A stretch of DNA of 32,000 nt from Mycobacterium tuberculosis H37Rv (lineage in GTDB: Bacteria; Actinomycetota; Actinomycetes; Mycobacteriales; Mycobacteriaceae). Every line of letters starts with the position of its first letter. Positions within the stretch are counted from its first letter, which is position 1. A model generated the notes under the pieces. That model had not been told where the DNA came from. It worked only from the letters and a program-made list of their open reading frames with translations, and did no database searches. The translations under genes were made by a program, and so were the position numbers. Below are positions 26,136 to 32,000 of this stretch, piece by piece. The stretch is taken from NCBI RefSeq assembly GCF_000195955.2, contig NC_000962.3:1020001-1052000 (forward strand). Reading direction: 5' to 3'.

Positions 26136-28415
26136 ATGGGTTCGGCGTCGGAGCAACGGGTGACGCTGACCAACGCCGACAAGGTGCTCTATCCCGCCAC
26201 CGGGACCACAAAGTCCGATATCTTCGACTACTACGCCGGTGTTGCCGAAGTCATGCTCGGCCACATCGCGGGACGGCCGGCGACGCGCAAGCGCTGGCCT
26301 AACGGCGTCGACCAACCCGCGTTCTTCGAAAAGCAGTTGGCGTTGTCGGCGCCGCCTTGGCTGTCACGTGCAACGGTGGCGCACCGGTCCGGGACGACGA
26401 CCTATCCGATCATCGATAGCGCAACCGGGCTGGCCTGGATCGCCCAACAGGCGGCGCTGGAGGTGCACGTGCCGCAGTGGCGGTTTGTCGCCGAGCCCGG
26501 ATCAGGTGAGTTAAATCCGGGCCCGGCAACGCGTTTGGTGTTCGACCTGGACCCGGGCGAAGGCGTGATGATGGCCCAGCTGGCCGAGGTGGCGCGCGCG
26601 GTTCGTGATCTTCTCGCCGATATCGGGTTGGTCACCTTCCCGGTCACCAGCGGCAGCAAGGGATTGCATCTGTACACACCGCTGGATGAGCCGGTGAGCA
26701 GCAGGGGAGCCACGGTGTTGGCCAAGCGCGTCGCGCAGCGATTGGAGCAGGCGATGCCCGCGTTGGTCACCTCGACCATGACCAAAAGCCTGCGGGCCGG
26801 GAAGGTGTTTGTGGACTGGAGCCAGAACAGCGGCTCGAAGACCACCATCGCGCCGTACTCACTACGTGGCCGGACGCATCCGACCGTCGCGGCGCCACGC
26901 ACCTGGGCGGAGCTCGACGACCCCGCACTGCGTCAGCTCTCCTACGACGAGGTGCTGACCCGGATTGCCCGCGACGGCGATCTGCTCGAGCGGCTGGATG
27001 CCGACGCTCCGGTAGCGGACCGGTTGACCCGATACCGCCGCATGCGCGACGCATCGAAAACTCCCGAGCCGATTCCCACGGCGAAACCCGTTACCGGAGA
27101 CGGCAATACGTTCGTCATCCAGGAGCATCACGCGCGTCGGCCGCACTACGATTTCCGGCTGGAATGCGACGGCGTGCTGGTCTCGTGGGCGGTACCGAAA
27201 AACCTGCCCGACAACACATCGGTTAACCATCTAGCGATACACACCGAGGACCACCCGCTGGAATACGCCACGTTCGAGGGCGCGATTCCCAGCGGGGAGT
27301 ACGGCGCCGGCAAGGTGATCATCTGGGACTCCGGCACTTACGACACCGAGAAGTTCCACGATGACCCGCACACGGGGGAGGTCATCGTGAATCTGCACGG
27401 CGGCCGGATCTCTGGGCGTTATGCGCTGATTCGGACCAACGGCGATCGGTGGCTGGCGCACCGCCTAAAGAATCAGAAAGACCAGAAGGTGTTCGAGTTC
27501 GACAATCTGGCCCCAATGCTTGCCACGCACGGCACGGTGGCCGGTCTAAAGGCCAGCCAGTGGGCGTTCGAAGGCAAGTGGGACGGCTACCGGTTGCTGG
27601 TTGAGGCTGACCACGGCGCCGTGCGGCTGCGGTCCCGCAGCGGGCGCGATGTCACCGCCGAGTATCCGCAATTGCGGGCATTGGCGGAGGATCTCGCCGA
27701 TCACCACGTGGTGCTGGACGGCGAGGCCGTCGTACTTGACTCCTCTGGTGTGCCCAGCTTCAGCCAGATGCAGAATCGGGGCCGCGACACCCGTGTCGAG
27801 TTCTGGGCGTTCGACCTGCTCTACCTCGACGGCCGCGCGCTGCTAGGCACCCGCTACCAAGACCGGCGTAAGCTGCTCGAAACCCTAGCTAACGCAACCA
27901 GTCTCACCGTTCCCGAGCTGCTGCCCGGTGACGGCGCCCAAGCGTTTGCGTGCTCGCGCAAGCACGGCTGGGAGGGCGTGATCGCCAAGAGGCGTGACTC
28001 GCGCTATCAGCCGGGCCGGCGCTGCGCGTCGTGGGTCAAGGACAAGCACTGGAACACCCAGGAAGTCGTCATTGGTGGCTGGCGCGCCGGGGAAGGCGGG
28101 CGCAGCAGTGGCGTCGGGTCGCTGCTCATGGGCATCCCCGGTCCAGGTGGGCTGCAGTTCGCCGGGCGGGTCGGTACCGGCCTCAGCGAACGCGAACTGG
28201 CCAACCTCAAGGAGATGCTGGCGCCGCTGCATACCGACGAGTCCCCCTTCGACGTACCACTGCCCGCGCGTGACGCCAAGGGCATCACATATGTCAAGCC
28301 GGCGCTGGTTGCAGAGGTGCGCTACAGCGAGTGGACTCCGGAGGGCCGGCTGCGTCAATCAAGCTGGCGTGGGCTGCGGCCGGACAAGAAACCCAGTGAG
28401 GTGGTGCGCGAATGA
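26136..28415 (+). CDS. ligD: Multifunctional NHEJ DNA ligase D (polymerase-phosphoesterase-ligase)
   Basis: Pol domain RLVFDLDPGEGVMMAQLAEVARAVRDLL, phosphoesterase QEHHARRPHYDFRLECDGVLVSWAVPKNL, ligase active site FEGKWDGYRLLVEADHG and VLDGEAVVLD. Confidence 0.96.
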   Translation: MGSASEQRVTLTNADKVLYPATGTTKSDIFDYYAGVAEVMLGHIAGRPATRKRWPNGVDQPAFFEKQLALSAPPWLSRATVAHRSGTTTYPIIDSATGLAWIAQQAALEVHVPQWRFVAEPGSGELNPGPATRLVFDLDPGEGVMMAQLAEVARAVRDLLADIGLVTFPVTSGSKGLHLYTPLDEPVSSRGATVLAKRVAQRLEQAMPALVTSTMTKSLRAGKVFVDWSQNSGSKTTIAPYSLRGRTHPTVAAPRTWAELDDPALRQLSYDEVLTRIARDGDLLERLDADAPVADRLTRYRRMRDASKTPEPIPTAKPVTGDGNTFVIQEHHARRPHYDFRLECDGVLVSWAVPKNLPDNTSVNHLAIHTEDHPLEYATFEGAIPSGEYGAGKVIIWDSGTYDTEKFHDDPHTGEVIVNLHGGRISGRYALIRTNGDRWLAHRLKNQKDQKVFEFDNLAPMLATHGTVAGLKASQWAFEGKWDGYRLLVEADHGAVRLRSRSGRDVTAEYPQLRALAEDLADHHVVLDGEAVVLDSSGVPSFSQMQNRGRDTRVEFWAFDLLYLDGRALLGTRYQDRRKLLETLANATSLTVPELLPGDGAQAFACSRKHGWEGVIAKRRDSRYQPGRRCASWVKDKHWNTQEVVIGGWRAGEGGRSSGVGSLLMGIPGPGGLQFAGRVGTGLSERELANLKEMLAPLHTDESPFDVPLPARDAKGITYVKPALVAEVRYSEWTPEGRLRQSSWRGLRPDKKPSEVVRE

Positions 28416-30346
28416 AGTGGGTGACGTATCGAAGTGACCACGGCGAACGAACGGGAGTGCTTTCCGGTGACGCCATCTACGCGATGCCGCCGGACGTGTC
28501 GTTGCTGGATCTGGTCGGGCGCGGCGCCGACGGTCTGCGCACGGCGGGCGAACGGGCAGTGCGCTCACCGGCCGCGGTGGTAGCGCTCGACGAGGTTACG
28601 CTGGCGGCGCCGATTCCGCGCCCGCCGTCGATCCGGGACTCGTTGTGCTTTCTGGACCACATGCGTAACTGCCAGGAAGCGATGGGGGGCGGCCGGGTGC
28701 TCATGGATACTTGGTACCGCATCCCGGCGTTCTACTTCGCGTGCCCGTCAACGGTTTTGGGACCGTACGACGACGCACCCACCGCACCCGGAAGTGCGTG
28801 GCAGGACTTCGAATTGGAGATCGCGGCGGTTATCGGAACCAGCGGCAAAGACTTGACCGTCGAGCAGGCCGAACGGTCGATCATCGGCTATACCATTTTC
28901 AACGACTGGTCCGCACGGGACCTGCAGATGCTGGAGGGCCAGCTGCGCATCGGACAGGCCAAGGGCAAAGACAGCGGTATCACCCTGGGCCCCTATCTGG
29001 TCACACCGGATGAGCTGGAGCCCTATTGCCGGGGCGGGAAGCTAAGCTTGCGGGTGATCGCCTTGGTCAACGGCACCGTGATCGGATCGGGGTCGACCGC
29101 ACAGATGGACTGGAGCTTCGGCGAAGTCATCGCCTATGCCTCGCGGGGGGTGACGCTGACCCCGGGTGACGTGTTCGGCTCGGGCACGGTGCCCACCTGC
29201 ACGCTCGTCGAGCACCTCAGGCCACCGGAATCATTCCCGGGCTGGCTGCACGACGGCGACGTGGTCACCCTCCAGGTCGAAGGGCTGGGCGAGACGAGGC
29301 AGACCGTCCGGACGAGCGGCACTCCTTTTCCGTTGGCTCTTCGGCCGAATCCGGACGCCGAACCCGACCGGCGCGGGGTCAACCCGGCACCGACGCGGGT
29401 GCCGTTTACCCGCGGGCTGCACGAAGTCGCCGACCGGGTATGGGCGTGGACGCTGCCCGACGGGGGATACGGCTTCAGCAACGCCGGGCTGGTCGCCGGG
29501 GACGGCGCGTCGCTGCTCGTGGATACCCTGTTCGACCTGGCACTGACACGCGAGATGTTGGCCGCGATGAAGCCGGTCACCGAGCGGGCGCCCATCACCG
29601 ACGCCCTGATCACGCACTCCAACGGCGACCACACGCACGGCACTCAACTGTTGGACCGCTCAGTGCGCATCATCGCCGCCAAGGGCACCTCCGAGGAGAT
29701 CGAGCATGGCCCGGCACCGGAGATGCTAGCCCGGATCCAAACCGCCGACCTGGGCCCCGTTGCGACGCGGTATCTGCGTGATCGCTTCGGTCACTTTGAC
29801 TTCAGCGGCATCAAGCTGCGCAACGCCGACCTGACGTTCGACCGCGACCTGGCCATCGAGCTCGGCGGCCGGCGAGTCGACCTGCTCAACCTCGGTCCCG
29901 CGCACACCACCGCCGACTCGGTCGTGCACGTGGCCGACGCCGGTGTGCTGTTCGCCGGGGATCTGCTGTTCATCGGTTGCACCCCGATTGTGTGGGCGGG
30001 CCCGATCGCCAACTGGGTGGCGGCCTGCGACGCGATGATCGCGCTGGACGCGCCCACGGTGGTGCCTGGGCATGGTCCGGTCACCGGCCCGGACGGGATC
30101 CGTGCCGTCCGTGGCTATCTGGCGCACATCGCCGAACAGGCCGAGGCGGCCTACCGCAAGGGGCTATCGTTGCCCGAGGCCGTCGAGACCATCGACCTGG
30201 GCGAGTACGCGAGCTGGCTGGACTCCGAACGGGTAGTGGTCAACGTCTACCAGCGTTACCGCGAATTGGATCCCGACACCCCGCGCCAGGACTTGCTGGC
30301 GTTGCTGGTGATGCAGGCCGAATGGGCGGCGCGCCACTGTACGTAG
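28412..30346 (+). CDS. Fusion protein: N-terminal fumarylacetoacetate hydrolase (FAH)-like domain plus C-terminal metallo-beta-lactamase-fold domain
   Basis: 644 aa; FAH-like DFELEIAAVIGTSGKDLTVEQAERSIIGYTIFNDWSARDLQ and GDVFGSGTVPTCTLVEH; MBL-like ALITHSNGDHTHGTQLL, LLNLGPAHTTADSVVHVADAGVLFAGDLLFIG, VVPGHGPVT. ATGA overlap with ligD. Confidence 0.88.
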   Translation: MKWVTYRSDHGERTGVLSGDAIYAMPPDVSLLDLVGRGADGLRTAGERAVRSPAAVVALDEVTLAAPIPRPPSIRDSLCFLDHMRNCQEAMGGGRVLMDTWYRIPAFYFACPSTVLGPYDDAPTAPGSAWQDFELEIAAVIGTSGKDLTVEQAERSIIGYTIFNDWSARDLQMLEGQLRIGQAKGKDSGITLGPYLVTPDELEPYCRGGKLSLRVIALVNGTVIGSGSTAQMDWSFGEVIAYASRGVTLTPGDVFGSGTVPTCTLVEHLRPPESFPGWLHDGDVVTLQVEGLGETRQTVRTSGTPFPLALRPNPDAEPDRRGVNPAPTRVPFTRGLHEVADRVWAWTLPDGGYGFSNAGLVAGDGASLLVDTLFDLALTREMLAAMKPVTERAPITDALITHSNGDHTHGTQLLDRSVRIIAAKGTSEEIEHGPAPEMLARIQTADLGPVATRYLRDRFGHFDFSGIKLRNADLTFDRDLAIELGGRRVDLLNLGPAHTTADSVVHVADAGVLFAGDLLFIGCTPIVWAGPIANWVAACDAMIALDAPTVVPGHGPVTGPDGIRAVRGYLAHIAEQAEAAYRKGLSLPEAVETIDLGEYASWLDSERVVVNVYQRYRELDPDTPRQDLLALLVMQAEWAARHCT

Positions 30347-30592
30347 CCACTCGGGCGCGTTTGTCACGGGAATCTGCGGACCGGCGGGCGCATGGTTTGC
30401 CTGTCCACGAGCGACAAAGCCAGCGCGCCAAGGATTCCCGATGGCAGCCATCACTTTGTCGCGCTGAGGCGGGCACGAAGAACATCCCGTCCAGACAGCG
30501 GCCAATGTGGCGGGTGTGAAAGGCGCCGCCGAGCATGGCACCGGGTCCAACGGCTCTCACGAAGCTGATCGGGGATCGATCCGTTGTGATGC

Positions 30593-31459
30593 TTAAACTT
30601 TCGCGATGACGTTCTCGGCGAACATCTCCAGATTGCGGATCTTGGTCTGCAGCGGCTCGGTGTCGGGGCCCATGGTGTACGGGACACGGAAACCGACGAT
30701 GACGTCCGTCACCCCTTTGTCCTCGAGCCGCTTGACGCCGTCCACGGTGAAACCGTCCAGGGAGATCACGTGGATTTCGAACGGGCTGGTTTTCCCCGCT
30801 TCCTCGCGAAGCCGCTTGACCCTGGCGATCAGCCGGTCGAGTTCGTCCGGATCGCCGCCGCCATGCATCCATCCATCGGCGCGCGCCGCCCGTCGCAGTG
30901 CTGCATCGGCGTGGCCACCGACCAGGATCGGGATCGGCTGGGTGGGCGCCGGGGTCATCTTGGTCTTGGGTATGTCGTAGAACTCGCCGTGGAACTCGAA
31001 GTAATCGCCGGTGGTAAGGCCACGCACGATCTCGATGCATTCGTCAATCCGCTTGCCGCGCTTAGCGAACGGGACGCCCATCAGCTCGTAATCCTCCGGC
31101 CACGGGCTAGTGCCGACACCCAGCCCGACCCGGTTGCCGATCAGGGCGGCTAGGGAACCGGCCTGCTTTGCCACCAGAGCCGGCGGGCGGATGGGCAGCT
31201 TGAGGACGAAGAAGTTGAACCGCAGCCTCGTCGTGACTGCGCCCAATGCTGCTGTCAGGACAAAGGTTTCGATGAAAGGCTTGCCGTCCATGAATTCGCG
31301 GTTGCCGTCGGGTGTGTACGGGTACTTCGAGTCGGATTCGAAGGGGTAGGCGATGCTGTCGGGAATCGTCATGCTGCTGTATCCCGCCGCTTCGGCTGCC
31401 TTGGCCAGCGGGATGTAGAACGTGAAGTCGGTCATTGCCTCCGCGTAGCTGAACCGCAC
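30593..31459 (-). CDS. LLM-class F420-dependent oxidoreductase (luciferase-like monooxygenase fold)
   Basis: 288 aa; PLAKAAEAAGYSSMTIPDSI, RLRFNFFVLKLPIRPPALVAKQAGSLAALIGNRVGLGVGTSPWPEDYELMGVPFAKRGKRIDECIEIVRGL, PTQPIPILVGGHADAALRRAARADGW. Start may be the GTG at 31459 or the ATG at 31435. Confidence 0.88.
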   Translation of the reverse strand: MRFSYAEAMTDFTFYIPLAKAAEAAGYSSMTIPDSIAYPFESDSKYPYTPDGNREFMDGKPFIETFVLTAALGAVTTRLRFNFFVLKLPIRPPALVAKQAGSLAALIGNRVGLGVGTSPWPEDYELMGVPFAKRGKRIDECIEIVRGLTTGDYFEFHGEFYDIPKTKMTPAPTQPIPILVGGHADAALRRAARADGWMHGGGDPDELDRLIARVKRLREEAGKTSPFEIHVISLDGFTVDGVKRLEDKGVTDVIVGFRVPYTMGPDTEPLQTKIRNLEMFAENVIAKV

Positions 31460-31495
31460 GTGATTGCCTTCCTCGAAGTGGCCGTCCCCAACGAG

Positions 31496-31513
31496 ATTAG
31501 AACGTGTTCTAAT
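31496..31513. promoter_or_regulatory. KstR-like (TetR-family) operator
   Basis: ATTAGAAC-GT-GTTCTAAT palindrome; the inner 14-mer TAGAACGTGTTCTA fits TnnAACnnGTTnnA. Confidence 0.75.
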
Positions 31514-31543
31514 TTGACGTGCAAGCGGGGCGCAACGGCTTGG

Positions 31544-32000
31544 TCAGAGTTGGTTCTCCGGCCCAATAATTGCCCAGACCGTCTTGCCCGACGAAGTGGG
31601 ACTGCTGCCCCAGGCGCGGGACAACGCGGCAACGATCGCCAGGCCGGAAACGTCGATGCCCTTCGGTGGGGACGCCAGCCGAACCGCCGGAGCGCTGCTG
31701 CCGTCGGAAACCGCGATGGTTGCCGTTGGGCCATCGCTTTCGATCCGCATCACCGGGTCGCTTCCGGTGTGTTTCAGCACGTTCTCCACGAATACGTTGA
31801 CGACGACCAACGCGACTGGAATAAGCCCGGGACGTGACCATTGGGTGAGCCATTCGCGGACCAACTGGCGTGACTCGCGAAGGCTGTTCAGGTTGGCGGG
31901 CAGTTGTGCGTCCGAACGCTTGAAATTGCGGCGCGCGAGCCGACCGATGGCCTTGCTCGCCGCTTTTTCGGTCGGGTACACCGGCATGAAGCGGGCGACC
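31544..32000 (-). CDS. RsbW-like GHKL/HATPase_c ATPase-fold regulatory protein (partial; open at window edge)
   Basis: Frame is open from 31543 to the window edge with no upstream stop; ESRQLVREWLTQW...LVVVNVFVENVLKHT...ATIAVSDGSSAPAVRL...GLAIVAALSRAWGSSPTSSGKTVWAII matches the N-box/G-box layout of anti-sigma factor kinases. Confidence 0.7.
   Translation of the reverse strand, partial: VARFMPVYPTEKAASKAIGRLARRNFKRSDAQLPANLNSLRESRQLVREWLTQWSRPGLIPVALVVVNVFVENVLKHTGSDPVMRIESDGPTATIAVSDGSSAPAVRLASPPKGIDVSGLAIVAALSRAWGSSPTSSGKTVWAIIGPENQL

Noticed and set aside
28711-30519. Several plus-strand ORFs (28711..29013, 29440..29781, 29977..30519)
   Set aside because: Alternate frames inside the FAH/MBL fusion gene; not supported by family signatures.
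30347-30592. Possible small gene or RNA in the convergent gap between the FAH/MBL fusion gene and the F420-dependent oxidoreductase gene
   Set aside because: Short open frames exist but have no recognisable motif, and I could not identify a strong terminator or structured RNA by eye.
1-32000. CRISPR arrays, rRNA genes, prophage modules, secondary-metabolite clusters
   Set aside because: No regularly spaced direct repeats with unique spacers, rRNA-like sequence, phage structural genes or NRPS/PKS modules were seen; the only nuclease-like mobile component is TnpB.

Overview
The window matches a chromosomal segment of a Mycobacterium tuberculosis-complex genome. I recognise it from remembered protein families and gene order (PE7/PPE14 through ligD and beyond), not from a database search. 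Order: PPE/PE pair (minus), BetP-like BCCT transporter, a DUF1778/GNAT (TacA/TacT-like) toxin-antitoxin pair, tRNA-Arg(CCT), an IS256-family element (IS1554-like), an IS607-family element with serine recombinase and TnpB (IS1535-like), a GGCT-like protein fused to a probable poly-gamma-glutamate hydrolase-like domain, mntH, three oxidoreductase genes, a duplicated Pst phosphate-transport cluster with antisense pknD and pstS2 inside it, the bacterial NHEJ genes ku and ligD (divergent), a FAH + metallo-beta-lactamase-fold fusion gene coupled to ligD, an LLM-class F420-dependent oxidoreductase gene preceded by a KstR-like palindrome, and a partial RsbW-like ATPase-fold gene. Most of the region is well-studied sequence, so no wholly new system is claimed. 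The most useful observations are: (1) a 27-nt palindrome directly upstream of an internal ATG of the TacA-like antitoxin gene, suggesting an operator and a shorter protein; (2) 17-bp inverted ends, 10-bp-phased repeats and a CCCC-GCAA-GGGG hairpin in the IS607/TnpB element, pointing to recombinase sites and an omega-RNA; (3) the gamma-glutamyl two-domain fusion next to mntH; (4) a KstR-type site; (5) a related inverted-repeat intergenic motif at two distant loci.
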